Origin: Octopus bimaculoides
Lineage: Eukaryota
Direction of reading: 5' to 3'
NCBI RefSeq assembly: GCF_001194135.2
Contig: NC_068995.1
Span: 33,218,141 to 33,282,140, forward strand
DNA length: 64,000 nucleotides
Program-made: the position numbers and the translations under genes
Notes under the pieces: model-generated
The model's input: the letters and a program-made list of their open reading frames with translations, nothing else
Database searches by the model: none
What the model was told of the DNA's origin: nothing
Shown: one piece after another, positions 27,410-41,797 of the stretch
Numbering within the stretch: the stretch's first letter is position 1
Layout of the letters: each line of letters opens with the position of its first letter

Positions 27410-27900
27410 ATCTATCTATCTATCTATCGATCTATCTATCTGTCTCCTTCTCCCTCACACATACACATTATGCATTTGTATATGTATATGGGTGAGTGTG
27501 TGTATGTGTGCATTATATACACATTGTTGTTAGCACTCCGTCGCTTACAACATCGAGGGTTCCAGTTGATCCGATCAACAGAACAACCTGCTCATGAAAT
27601 TAACGTGCAAGTGGCTGAGCACTCCACAGACACGTGTACACTTAACGTAGTTCTCAGGGATATTCAGCGTGACACAGTGTGACAAGGCAGGCCCTTTGAA
27701 TTACAGGCACAACAGAAACAGAAAGTAAGAGAAAATTGTGGTGAAAGAGTACAGCAGGATTCGCCACCATCCCCTGCCTGTCCCTCGTGGAGCTTTAGGT
27801 GTTTTCGCTCAATAAACACTCACAACGCCAAGTCTGGGAATCAAAACCGTGATCCTATGACCGCAAGTCCGCTGCCCTAACCACTGGGCCATTGCACCTC

Positions 27901-28237
27901 CACACATACACATAGAGAGGGTATAAGTGTAATAGTGAGAGAAAGAGAGATCAACATGGTGAATGGTTAAGATGTTCACATTGCAATCACAAGACTCTTC
28001 ATTCAATCCCATTATGAAATACTTAAGGCAAGCATTACTGACTCCTGCCCTGGGTTAACCCAACCCAAGGTAGTGGTCAATGAAATCAGGAAGGCAGGAA
28101 CTGTTTGGGAAACAGTTGGATGGACTGGACCTGTAATGTGTGTGGAATATTCACTTGAACACTAATACAATGATAGGTAGTCTGCTTGATCAAACAAATG
28201 AATTTTCATTGCTGAAACAAGCAGAGATTAATTTACC

Positions 28238-28288
<51 letters not shown>

Positions 28289-28656
28289 NNNNNNNNNNNN
28301 NNNNNNNNNNNNNNNNNNNNNNNNNNNNNNNNNNNNNNNNNNNNNNNNNNNNNNNNNNNNNNNNNNNNNNNNNNNNNNNNNNNNNNNNNNNNNNNNNNNN
28401 NNNNNNNNNNNNNNNNNNNNNNNNNNNNNNNNNNNNNNNNNNNNNNNNNNNNNNNNNNNNNNNNNNNNNNNNNNNNNNNNNNNNNNNNNNNNNNNNNNNN
28501 NNNNNNNNNNNNNNNNNNNNNNNNNNNNNNNNNNNNNNNNNNNNNNNNNNNNNNNNNNNNNNNNNNNNNNNNNNNNNNNNNNNNNNNNNNNNNNNNNNNN
28601 NNNNNNNNNNNNNNNNNNNNNNNNNNNNNNNNNNNNNNNNNNNNNNNNNNNNNNNN

Positions 28657-28695
<39 letters not shown>

Positions 28696-29709
28696 CGTAA
28701 ACGCACACATATATTATATACCTTTTATCTTTTACTTGTTTCAGTCATTAGGCTGCGGCCTTGCTGGAGCATTGCCTTGAAGAATTTTTAGCCAAATGAA
28801 TCAACCCCAGCATTTATTTTAATAAGCCCAGTATTTATTCTATCGGTCTCTTTTGCTGAATCATTAAGTTATGGGATATAAACACACCAACACTGGTGGT
28901 CAAGCGATGTTGGGAGACAAACACAGACAGAAGAACACATACACATAGATATATCTATATATGATAGGCTTCTTTTTGTTTCTGTCTACCAAATCCATTC
29001 ACAAGGCTTTGGTCAGCCTGAGGCTATTACCAGAAGACACTCACCCAAGGTGTGTGTGTATACACATTAATATTTAACAGTGAGAATGAGTATTTAACAC
29101 TGCATTGGTGAATAAATATTCTTTATTCGTGGGATAACCAAACTACCATTGGTTTCATGTTGAGAGAGATATCTCTCAACAATTATTCAAGTCTACCATA
29201 TGGGACATTGGTGTTTATCTCCATCTTGGGTAAAAACATATGTTCTGCAGTTCTTTAAGATAATTTGAGATGAAAGGTAAATCTCATTCATATACACTTG
29301 TAGTAAACACAGTTTCGCATCACTGTGAAAAATAAACATTTATCTAACCATGGATAGTTGAAACTAGTCTGGTGAATCACTTCTCAAAGAAAGATAAACC
29401 TGTAGTTTACTACTTTGTTTACTTGTCACAGTGAAGCTGAATGATGTTAACTTGGAACACATATGAGTTATACACACATACACATAGAGAGTGTATAAGT
29501 GTAATAGCGAGAGAAAGAGAGATCACCATGGTGAGTGGTTAAGATGTTCACATTGCAATCAAAAGACTCCTGGTTTAATCCCATTATGAAGTACTCCAGG
29601 TAAGCATCACTGACTCCAGCGTGGAGTTAACCCAACCCAAAACAGTGGTCAGTGAAATCAGGGAGATAGGAGCTGTTTGGAAATCAGTTGGATGGATTGA
29701 ACCTGTAAT
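27901..29709 (+). repeat. 237-bp direct repeat pair, 27901-28137 and 29473-29709
   Basis: Ungapped alignment at constant offset 1572 with about 31 mismatches; contains a tRNA-like head (tggtgagtggtt...ggtttaatcc). Confidence 0.8.
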
Positions 29710-29739
29710 AAAAGTTTACCTTGCATTTCAATTGCACTA

Positions 29740-30260
29740 TTAACATATCTTTCTTGGGAATTACTTGTTCTGAAACTAGTTGCTTACCTAGCTCTGCTAA
29801 TTTATCAGTAGTTATTGTCAGCAGATGCCTGTTGAGATCAGTTTCATCACTTGGTATCATCTGAAAACCTTGAATATAAAATAATGGAAAATTAAGAGCT
29901 ACCTGAAACATTGTCACATTACTCTGCAGTAGTCTCTTACAGCTGCAAATTGTTTTCAGGTGTTATAAAGAATTCCAGTGAAGATTCAGACTTAGATTTT
30001 CGATATAAACAAGTAGATGGCATCATCTTGGAAAATAAATTGTAAACTGATTGTTGAGTATTTTAAAAGAAATATCTTCATTCCATATTACCGTATTTGG
30101 AATTTATTCAATGTCTAGGATGACATCTTTAAATTCTCAGAACTGAAAACCTATATTAGAAAAAAGTTTCACATGGTGACTTTATCTTTTAAACGAACTA
30201 GTTGATGTTCAAGAGAACTGTGAAAGATATTTAAGCTTCAGAACTGAACTAGATGTTTGT
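29740..30260 (+). mobile_element. Possible heavily decayed hAT transposase fragment
   Basis: EYFKRNIFIPY resembles the hAT EYFRRxIFIPxLD motif; flanking similarity is weak. Confidence 0.3.
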
Positions 30261-31084
30261 TTACCTCATCCAATAACATAGAGTGGGTAAGACAGCAAGC
30301 TGGCAGAATCGTTAGCATGCTGGGCAAAATGCTTAGTGGTATTTTGTCCATCTTCACATTCTGAGTTCAAATTCTGTCATAGTCGACTTTGCTTTTCATC
30401 CTTTCAGGGTCAATAAAATAAGTATCAGTTGAGTACTGGAGTCGAGGTAATTGATTTACCTCCTCCTTCAAAATTGTTGGCCTTGTGACAAAATATGAAT
30501 CCAATAATGTAGAGTGAATGAATAAGTAGATGGACAGGTGTTTAATACCTTTGAATCTGAGGTACTTCAAAATAGCATGGCACATATTTATTAAATTTAC
30601 TCTGCTTACTTCTTACCTTGACAGCTTTCATTAATTGACTGCAGCCAGTCATAAAAAAAAAACAGTATAAGTGCTGTCATGAGTTTTGAGATTCATAGGA
30701 CCCAGTTTTCATTGTATATAAGCACCTGGGATCACAGCATTTCCCCGATGCCAGACCATTGTAAGGTTACTCATTTACAGTTGAATGAACTAGTGCCATG
30801 TGAAATGAAGTGTTTCACTCTAGATCACAATGCACCACTGGTCTGAGACTGAAACTATGATCTTGTGACTGTGAGTGCAGCATCCTAACCACTCAGCCAT
30901 GTATCTTCATGGCCAGCTATAATCAGAGGGAAAATGCCCTCCTTTTTGATTTAGAGTCTCAGTATAATAAAATATAATTTAATCATAAGATTAAATAATT
31001 AATTGAATAATTAATTTATTTATGCAAGAATGTGTCATGACCAATGAGTAGCATAACATAGCAGTATCATTCTAAACTGTTACA

Positions 31085-31335
31085 GGTTCAAAGGGGATAC
31101 ACAAGAAAGAGGAAACTATAAAGGTATGAAACTGTTATATCAGGTTATGAAAGTTACAGAAAGAGCTATTGCATAATTGATTATGAACAGGATTAGCCTA
31201 GATGAGACAACTGCAAGACAATTACTTAGCTAAGAGTAAGAACCTATATCTGGTATTCATAGATGTGGAGAAGGCTTTGGCAGGGAACCTTGCTTTGTGA
31301 TCTCGTAATCACTGAAAAGTCATTGGGTAAAAGCT
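31085..31335 (+). mobile_element. RTE RT fragment with internal deletion
   Basis: KGDTQERGNYKGMKLLYQVMKVTER...YLAKSKNLYLVFIDVEKAF. Confidence 0.75.
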
Positions 31336-32579
31336 GAAGACTACACTATCCCATCAGTTATTATTAAGGCCCATCCAATAATGTCTGAAGGGCCAAAACT
31401 TTCTGTGAGTACAAAATATCTCAACCTCATTATCTTTATTAAATAAACAGTTATTACTGGCTAATATAATTTCTGGCCCCTTTTGATGCAATGTGGGCAG
31501 GGATGTCTTTCCCCTAGTAAGGCCATGTATCCCATACCACAGACCACTTCAAGAGAGACTACATTGCACTGAAGATGAAACAAGGGGGAGTTTATCTCAA
31601 ATACACTCAAAATATTAAACACCAAAAATATCACGTTTCACAATAACTATGTTTGATTGAATAAAGTATTTAATAGTTTTCTGTATTTTAAATCACTTAT
31701 ATTTTTCAATATACATTTTAAGTACTCCAAAATACATTTTGTTTTTTTGCTCTAAAGTGCACCACAAGTAAAAAAAAAACTGCTCTAGACTAAAATATAT
31801 TCACAGTTCCACTGAAAATCAATTTGTGTCAACTGTTACAATAAGTATCATTATTTAAGAGAAATAGCATCTCTCTTGCTTGTTACCCTCTTACTCCCTT
31901 TTCTCTTTGTCCCTCCTTCTCCCTTTACCCTGTTCACCTTCAACCCTTCCTTTACCCCATCACCCCTCCTTCCTCCTTGCCCTCTTTCACTTCCCTCCTG
32001 CTCCCTTGCTCTTTTCTTTTCTTTCATCACGTCTGAGTTTTAATTCCATTTTAGACCTTTGTAAATTGTAAACTGAAGATAATATTTGGTAAGTTATTCA
32101 TTCTGCCAGCATAGTAAAAAAAAAAAAAAACGACCATTAAAACAATAAGGACAACAATAATGCAGATATGCTGACAAAATGTGATGCCTATTAGCTATTC
32201 AGTAGACATAATACACTTCACTGTCTTCTAAAACACAAATGATGAAGATAATAGACAAAACATTTGAACCACTCCAGCAACAACTCATCTCAGAAATATA
32301 GATTTATAAATTTAATTATATAAATATCTGGGAAATTATATATATATATATCTACAAATTACTGCCACAAATAGCTATTGTCATTGAGTTTAACAAACTC
32401 ATAGACTTACTGTTTGCTTCCTTTTCAAACAAGAAACTGTCTTTGCACAACCATTTAATGACAAATGCAGGTTTTAGAATCTAGAAAATTCTCAGGTATA
32501 TCAATAGAGAATATAATAGAGAAAAATGATTCTAGATTCTTTTTCATCACATTACTGGTGATGATGATGATGATGATGA

Positions 32580-32611
<32 letters not shown>

Positions 32612-33153
32612 TTTACCCTACAATTCTACCAGATACCTTTAGATCTGTAAAGATTTTTATTCACTTTCAGAAAATTGTATCTGACTTTGTGTCTTTCTTT
32701 CATGTCTTTCACTATTGATATCCATTACTATCTCATGATTAAAATAGCTAATAGCATTTAGTTGTGGCACTAGTCTTATCACTTTTGCCAATTTGTAAAT
32801 ATGTGCTTCAGGCTACACTGCATTCAACAAATAGATTTCATTTCAGATATTTCTTCATATTCAAGTTTTCTATTGTACATACATCTTTACACCTTTACAA
32901 GTTGAAGTTGTAAATATTATAACAGCTTGAACAAAATTGTCCCTAACTTCATTGTTTTGTCTGAAATCACCAGTTCCCCTTGAAATTACTTCTTCTCCAA
33001 CCTATTTAATATTGAGTTCTGAGATGTAGAGATGTATTCACTATAGATGATAGACTTTTTCGTATTTTTTTTAAGTACACCAAGGACTATATGAAATGGA
33101 AAACCATTGTGTGTGTGGGAGGGACAATATTGGATAGATGTGGTCACCCGTGA

Positions 33154-33377
33154 CCCTTTTGAAACCAACCCATCTGAGTCAGCCCCTGATTTTATGATAA
33201 AATTTTACAGTTATAAAGTGATTTAAATTAAAGCTTTCCTTCAAAATTCAGTGTTCATTTTATGTTCCAAATGCCAGCTTAATAATGATGAAATTATTTT
33301 TATAAATTCTTCATTATGTTTCAGAATTAACTGGAATAAATGCTGCATATTTCAACAGAAATATGGTAATGAAAGGA
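33154..33377 (+). mobile_element. Second CCC...GGG-type MITE with decayed TTAA ends
   Basis: Termini ccctttt gaaacc / ggtaatgaaagga are imperfect inverted repeats. Confidence 0.35.
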
Positions 33378-33417
33378 TCAAAGATATAAAGACCTCACAG
33401 CTCCCTTAAATTTTCAG

Positions 33418-33492
33418 AGGATACTTTCCTTATCATCAGGACCTGAAAGATGTCCTTTTCTTTCGTACGAAATTTCTCTCGGAGACCCTGAA
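33418..33492 (+). CDS. Candidate 75-nt internal exon of an unidentified gene
   Basis: ctcccttaaattttcag| ... |gtaaac; two open frames (RILSLSSGPERCPFLSYEISLGDPE or GYFPYHQDLKDVLFFRTKFLSETL); unique sequence; no homology recognised. Confidence 0.25.
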
Positions 33493-34150
33493 GTAAACTG
33501 ACTTTTTATTTTAGTTATTTTTATTTTATAAAGCAATTTGTAAACAACAGCAGGGTTGGCAACAGGCCTAAGGTGAAAACGACAAGAAGGTGTCAATGGT
33601 CTTTCAGTTTCTCATCAATTTAAATTGCAGAAGATAAACATTTCTATGTACATGTCTGTGTGTGCATGTGTGTAGGTATGTATGATGGGTTTTTAACACA
33701 TTTTCCACCAGCTAAATTTCATTAACAAGCTATTATTAGTCAACCTGAGGTTATGGTAGACGATAATTGCAGGCAATGGGATTAAGCCTAAGACCACAAT
33801 TTGTTAAATGAACTTTTTTACCCTACAGCCATGTCTGTCTGTGCCATAAGAGCAGGAATAAAATTGCTTAGTGGATAGAACAGATACAGGTGGTGGTATA
33901 ATAATAATAATAATAATAATAACAACAACAACAACAATCCGTTCTAATATAGGCAAAAGACCAGAAATTTAAGAGGAGGAGGCTAGTTGACAGCATCAAC
34001 CCCAGCGCGTAACTGGTACTTATTTCATTGACCCCAAAAAGGATGAAAGGCAAAGTCAACTCCGGAGGAATTTGAACTCAGAATATAAGGACAGTCGAAA
34101 TGCTGTTATGTATTTTTCCAGCTTACTAACAAGTCTGCCAGCTCACTGCC

Positions 34151-34202
<52 letters not shown>

Positions 34203-34203
34203 T

Positions 34204-34242
<39 letters not shown>

Positions 34243-34497
34243 AATAATAATAATAATAATAATAATAATCCTTTCTACTATAACCACAAGGCCTGAAATT
34301 TGGTGGGAGGGGAGTAGTCAATTACATCGACCCCAGTGTTTCACTGGTACTTAATTTATCAACCCTGAAAGGATGAAAGCAAAGTTGACCTCGGCAGAAT
34401 TTGAACTCAGAGTGTAGCGACAGGCAAAATACTTCTAAGCATTTTGTCCAGCGTGCTAACGATTCTACCAGCTTGCTGCCTTCTTAATAATAATAAT

Positions 34498-34560
<63 letters not shown>

Positions 34561-35379
34561 ATCGGCATGGCCAGAATAATCAGGAAAGTATTAGATAGCT
34601 GAAAAGAACAGATAGCATGGTACCTTAGGCTGCAGGTAGCAAGCCCGCTCTGCATGTAAGACACCAGGGGCTCTAACAGCACCTGTCATAAAGAGAAATA
34701 ATAATAATTACCGTTGTTGTTGTTGTTGTTATTATCATCATAAGTAGTAGCAGCAGCGGCAGTAGTAGTAGTAGTAGTAGTAGTAGTAGTTTTTCTTTTC
34801 CTTTCAATTTTGTTTCCATTTCTTCCTGAGAGTCTTCTTGATACCTAGAGCAAAGAAACTCATTGTATACATTGGTAGGTCATTAAAATAAATACACTAG
34901 ATTGTTCATTTACAAAATCAAGTTATGTGAAAGGGAAAAAAGAAAAAGAAAAAATTTACATAGGTGCAAGCATGGATGTGTGGCAAGAAGCTTGCCTCTA
35001 ACCACATAGTTCCAGGTTCAATCCCATTGCATGACACTTTGGTCAAGTGTCTTCTATTATAACCTCAGGCTGACCAAAGCCTTGTGAGTGGATTTGGTAG
35101 AGAGAAACTGAAAGAAGCACGTCATATATATATACTGTATGTATATTTCTATGTGCCTGTCTTTGTGCTTTGTTTATCCTCCACCACCACTTGACAACCA
35201 GTGATGGTATGTTTATGTTCCTGTAACTTAGTGGTTCAGCAAAAGATTCCAACAGAATAAGTACCAGGCTTTAAAAAAATTAGTCCTGGAGTTGATTTGT
35301 TTGACTAAAAACCCTTCAAGACGGGCCCCAGCATGGCCACAGTCAAATGACTGAAACACATAAAAAAATTTTTAAATGG

Positions 35380-35773
35380 TTTGTAATCATTCTCACAGTA
35401 ACAATGTTCTTATAAATATGTGTAATGTATCAGTTAGAATAAGTGCCCAGCGTCGCCTTCCTGGCACTTGTGCCGGTGGCACGTGTAAAGACATTCGGGC
35501 GAGATCGCTGCCAGTGCCGCTGGACTGGCTCCTGTGCAGGTGGCACATAAAACACACCATTTTGAGCATGGCCATTGCCAGTACCGTCTGACTGGCCTTC
35601 GTGCTGGTGGCACATAAAAGCACCCACTACACTCTCGGAGTGGTTGGCATTAGGAAGGGCATCCAGCTGTTGAAACTCTGCCAGATCAGATTGGAACCTG
35701 GTGCAACCATCTGGTTCACCAGTCCTCAGTCAAATTGTCCAACCCATGCTAGCATGGAAAGCAGACGTTAAAC

Positions 35774-35805
<32 letters not shown>

Positions 35806-36150
35806 CGACGACTTCTTGCACAGATGGTAAGCCAGAGATCATTCTCAAATAATTTTCAGTTTCTTTTTTTGATCATTCCAAGTGCTCTTACAATCATTTG
35901 TATTGCAACCACCTTGAGATGCTATATTTTTTTTAATTTCAATCAGCAAATCTTTACATTTTCTAAGCTTGTCAAATTCTTTTTTCAAGATATTATGGTC
36001 TTGAAGAATACTCATGTTGATTAATAAACAAACTTTATCGTTTTGGTCTTTCACAACAATATCCAGTTTATTAGCTTTGTTACTTGTCTGTATGTACTGG
36101 AAAGTTCAAAAGAATTGTTACATTTTCTCCCTCGATTTCACCCTCAGGGT
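35380..36150 (-). mobile_element. R4/Dong-like RLE remnant split by an RTE 3' UTR insertion
   Basis: FPVHTDK..KLDIVVKDQNDKVCLLINMSILQDHNILKKEFDKL..KDLLIEI/HLKV...RALGMIKKETENYL..ISGLPSVQEV, resuming after the insertion as LILTDTLHIFIRTLL. Confidence 0.75.
35432..35812 (+). mobile_element. RTE 3' UTR-only copy with (GAT)n tail
   Basis: Same sequence follows RTE ORF ends at 3.9, 14.0 and 62.1 kb; other solo copies at 16985-17215 (-), 60950-61135 (+), 63705-64000 (-). Confidence 0.75.
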
Positions 36151-36228
36151 ATAATGCTTCACCCTTTGTCAACAGTTTTGATTTTATAATGTCAACATAT
36201 TAACCAGTGTAGATATTGGCTATTGTTA

Positions 36229-36283
<55 letters not shown>

Positions 36284-36900
36284 TTATACAGCAATCAAAT
36301 CAGATAAATCTGATAATAGAAAACTAATATTTTGAATCCGTTCAAAAATGTTTGTATGCTTGTTTGTTTTGGCAATGAGGTGTTTCAGGAGGTTGATCCA
36401 CAGCATTTTCTTTGCCCACCACCCCACCACGGATCCATCCAAAATTTAAGGAGGTATTCTTGCACTTGCACCCTCTACACACCCCAATGGTCTATACCTA
36501 TTTCTGGTCATTAATTCATGGATAATACTTCTAGATTCTTAGTAGTTCAAATGGTTATTTCTCTTTAACATTTCCTAGACATAGATCTTTATTTCTCTAT
36601 TGTTTACCAAACATAATATTGGTAGTATTCCGCAGAAATAATCTTCTCTGAATAAATCTCTTTGATGCCAGGAGAGACTTCAGGCCTCAACATCACCTGA
36701 ATTCTGTTTCCATTCCAACTAACAGATATTATTTGCATGATTGAGCATTGTCATTATGATTATTTATGAATATTTCTGTGTACTTTTTACTTCTGGATCA
36801 CTGAAATATTCGGCTTCAGGACCGGAAATTTCTTCAGCTCTCCATGATTGATGATTATCAACAAAACACAATATATCAGGTCTAGTGTTGTTGCTGTCAC

Positions 36901-36940
<40 letters not shown>

Positions 36941-36952
36941 ACGCACACGCAC

Positions 36953-36995
<43 letters not shown>

Positions 36996-37389
36996 CATAT
37001 AGGCTCAGGCATTAAGATTATGTTCAGCTGATTGGCTAACCTTCACATCACCACCATACTGCATTCACTAACGTTCCAATGTGTCACATAATTCCTCAGT
37101 GTCTTCTAGTGATGCTACAATGGCTCTTTTCTGCTTTGAAATATCATACTGTCTTCTTCTTTGATCAAGCCCACTCCCTTCTCTCGTCATCCCTGATGTA
37201 TTTCAAACCTAGTACTAAACATTTATCTCAACCCTTTATTCCAAGAAATGCAACCATCAGGCATTTCTCCACCCCCATCCCACCCTTACGTTTCCTGTTT
37301 TATGTGCTCGCATTAGTTTGCAGAACATCAAACACATCAACCTCTTCTGTCTGGGAAAACTTGCAAATGTTATGAGCAATGTCTTTCCC

Positions 37390-38225
<836 letters not shown>

Positions 38226-38624
38226 AACTACTAAGATTCTGTATTATTTGTCAAAGTCACCATGTCTCCTCCAGATGGTCTGATTCCAAGACAGATATCT
38301 CCAGGGTTCATTCTATGTTTTGCTTCATTGTACTTTTAAAGTAGATACTATGATCCAAAGTCTTATCTCTATGACATTATTCATATTCTTTTATATTATA
38401 CTTTTACACATTTCTGTCCAAAGGCTGTGACCATGCTGGAGCACCACCAGTATATATTCATCTCTACCAAATATTTTAATCATTATTTATGCTATAACAG
38501 ATCTTGCAATATTTCTGATCAAATAGAGACTCCTTCTTCACTATTAGAATACCTTATCTACCCACTTCAATACAACTATGATTCAAATATTATATATGCC
38601 GACGCAGGCGATAGCTTTTATATA

Positions 38625-39020
38625 GGCACAGGAGTGGCTGTGTGGTAAGTAGCTTGCTTACCAGCCACATGGTTCCAGGTTCAGTCCCACTGCGTGGCAC
38701 CTTGGGCAAGTGTCTTTCTACTATAGCCTCAGGCAGACCAAAGCCTTGTGAGTGGATTTGGTAGACGGAAACTGAAAGAAGCCTGTCGTATATATGTATA
38801 TATATATGTGTGTCTGTGTGTCTGTGTTTGTCCCCCCACCATCGCTTGACAACCGATGCTGGTGTGTTTACGTCCCCGTAACTTAGCGATTCAGCAAAAA
38901 GAGACCGATAGAATAAGTACTAGGCTTACAAAGAATAAGTCCTGGGGTCGATTTGCTCAACTAAAGGCGGTGCTCCAGCATGGCCACAGTCAAATGACTG
39001 AAACAAGTAAAAGAGTAAAA
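38625..39020 (+). mobile_element. tRNA-derived SINE family B, near full length
   Basis: A-box tggctgtgtggt, B-box ggttcagtccc, internal TA/TG tract, gaaacaagtaaaagag tail. Also 14265-14562 (-), 24185-24465 (-), 28735-29050 (-), 34965-35365, 43540-43995, 46130-46570, 48905-49345 (-), 50495-50885, 58389-58675 (-), 59112-59510, 60450-60665 (-), 61225-61375 (-). Confidence 0.9.
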
Positions 39021-40868
39021 GAGTAAAGAGAAGGTAACTGCAGGATTTCAGCCTATTGAGATTCTCAGTTATCAAAATAGACCCATTATTACCCATGGAA
39101 ACACATATTTTAAGGCAGCAAGCTGCCAGAACCATTTGTACCTGGATAAAATGCAGCATTTTATCTGTCTTTACATCACCACCATACTTTGCCTTTCATC
39201 TTTTGGGGGTTGATAAAATAAGTACCAGTTGAGTGCTGGGGTTAATGTAATTGACTTACTCCCTGCCCCGAAATTGCTGGCTTTGTGCCAAAATTTGAAA
39301 TCGTTATTACACATCAAATTTGCATTTACCTGTATGTTATGTATTTGTATGCTATATACTCATACTTGACCCAGACGAAGAAGATTCATCTAAACCTGTC
39401 AATCCTACCACCAACAACAACAACTACATATGTGGAATGAATACATCTATACATCTTTCTCAGAGTGGAACAGCCTACTTCTTTGTAACGTATGGTACTT
39501 TTTTTTTTTGTCTATGGCCCTTAATCATTCTTCTTTCTCAAATTTGAATGGAATTCTTCAAATTATGGTAAACTGATGTTAAATGACATCACTGAATGTT
39601 TTACAAGATTATTTTAAATTATTCTCTATATGTTATCCTATCTTGGAAATAATTCCTTGGCAATTTTCTCGGAAAATTCTTCTTTGTTATCTTTGATATT
39701 TTAGCAACTTTAAAGGGATGCTTTTATAATTGCTTACTTTCCCTGATATCTTTCTCTTCTTTCTTATTTACTTATCAAGTTTCTTATAGTACAAATGTTA
39801 TTTATCCTTCTCATCATTCTTGAATTCTTACACATTTTCTTTGCTTTCTATTTCAGTCTGCAGCTCAGTTTTTGCTTTATTTTGCAGCTGACATTTATCT
39901 TTATGGAATTCTATATCAATTGTTCAAACAGCCAGGTGGATAACATGTCAATATGATAGTAGAAAGGTTGGTCGGTTCATATTTGTCTGCCAGTTCTGAA
40001 CTCTTTCTCTAGATAAGACGTTAAATCTTTTCTGACATACATACTTGTCAGCAGAGTAGATAAGGATTGAGGAAGATCAATGAGCTAACTGAAAAAAATG
40101 AGTGTTAGATTTGCATATCAAACCAAATATTTCCCATGAAAGCAAATGAGGAACATCCAATTAAACAATTATTTTAAAATAATTTTCTGACCTTGCATAA
40201 ATCTTCATTATGTCTCCTTTGTGTTCCCTCAGTGTTTGGGGAATATAAAGTGGTCATTTCACATAAGACCTATTTGTGCACTATGCTTCTAAATAATAGG
40301 TACCCTGTTAATTATATGGATATTTTAGTGATTGACTTAGCCTCCATAATAACATCATTTATCCTAAGTTATTATTAATTTCTCTGTCTGTCAATAATAA
40401 TAAATTGAAGACAAAAATGGAATTCGTGTGAATGTTATCTAAATATCATTAGAGTCAGACCGTTAAAAATAACTTGTGTTGCTATCAGTGATGGAATTAA
40501 TAGTTCATATTTATTGCAAGCAGAGAAATATTCCTCATAAAATAAATTAAATCAATAGATATTGTTGGATTACCATTGTTGATATGAGAAATAGAAAACT
40601 AATCTTCTATGCTTTATTTGTGTTATATTTTCTATTTTTGTCTTCCTATTGAAGAATCATTCCCCACTTCACCATTTAGACAGTGATTTCTACAGCAAAG
40701 AGATCTTCTCTTAGCTAAGTGTCTTTAATAAATCAGAAGCTATTCACTGGATGGTAATGTATCTTAATCTGTTTGGTATTTGGTATTGTTGCTTTAATCA
40801 ACTGATGAAATGTATTCTATCATTTCCCTGGAAAGATAAAATACAAACACAACCCTAGCAGAATTTAA

Positions 40869-41092
40869 CCCTTTAGCATTTAAACTGACTATATTAGACC
40901 CAAATATTCTATCTGTTTTATGTTCAAACAGGCCAGCTTCAGCCTCTCACACCTACTCTACACAATGCCATTCTAAAAAAATAAACCATCACATCATCAA
41001 AATCTCAAAGATACAAGATAATATATGAATAATTCAAAACAATGTAAATAAATAAGCATTAAATTTGACAGAGTAATCTGAATATTAAAGGG
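40869..41092 (+). mobile_element. TTAA-flanked (piggyBac-type) MITE
   Basis: TTAA|CCCTTTAG ... TTAAAGGG|TTAA; a further start-only fragment at about 56137. Confidence 0.85.
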
Positions 41093-41797
41093 TTAAACAT
41101 ACTTAGGTCAATTTTTCAGTACTCTACTGATTCTGTTAACCTATGATCCTTAAAAAGAATGAATCGTAATGAAATATGAAACTGAACCTTTTTTATTTAT
41201 GTTCCACATCAGAAATACCATTGAGGAATCAACAACAGACTGATATTTCATTTCATTAACTGATATAAGCTGACACAAGTCATTGCTATTAAGTGAATTT
41301 AAACAAGGAGGGATGCACTTACAATTGGAAAAACATTGTTAAAGGTTGTGTTTCATCATAGTTTTATAGGACTATAGTTATACTTACTGACTGTTATTAT
41401 TTACTGAATGCCCACCTCATACTTTCAACATGTGTTCAAAAACTATGAAATGCAGTTATACTGCATTTTCATAAAAACTATGAAATGAAGTTATACTTTT
41501 GATTAAGGTGCGTACATAACTCACATCTATTTTACCTTCTATAAAATGGTTATTAGTCATGTTTCAGGTAGTAATGTTTTTCTGAGAATGACCTTAGGAT
41601 ATAAAAGGAAAAAGGACAATGTAGAATACATCCCTTTTCCACTAGCTGAAAACCCCTCCACAACTCAACAATTTGTTAGTGTCAATATGAAATTTTATGA
41701 TTATCATGCAGCTACCTGTATTTGTAAGTTATAAAAATGTCTTGTGGAAATGTAATTAAAATCCTTTTATAACTTAGGAAAATAAACAGGCAAAATT

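Noticed and set aside
29684-29917. Minus-strand 77-aa ORF with AAG|gtaaac donor as an exon
   Set aside because: No recognisable protein, and it overlaps the antisense of a probable decayed hAT; a possible partner exon at about 32411-32480 (-) is equally unsupported. Not excluded.
20807-30633. Shared 14-mer TGACAGCTTTCATT (Meis-like) at about 20807 (-) and 30620 (+)
   Set aside because: Several 14-mer matches are expected by chance in 64 kb of AT-rich DNA.
39560-40060. Lys-rich minus-strand pseudo-coding stretch and an exon-like + strand segment
   Set aside because: Many stops and no diagnostic motif; possibly a decayed retroelement ORF.
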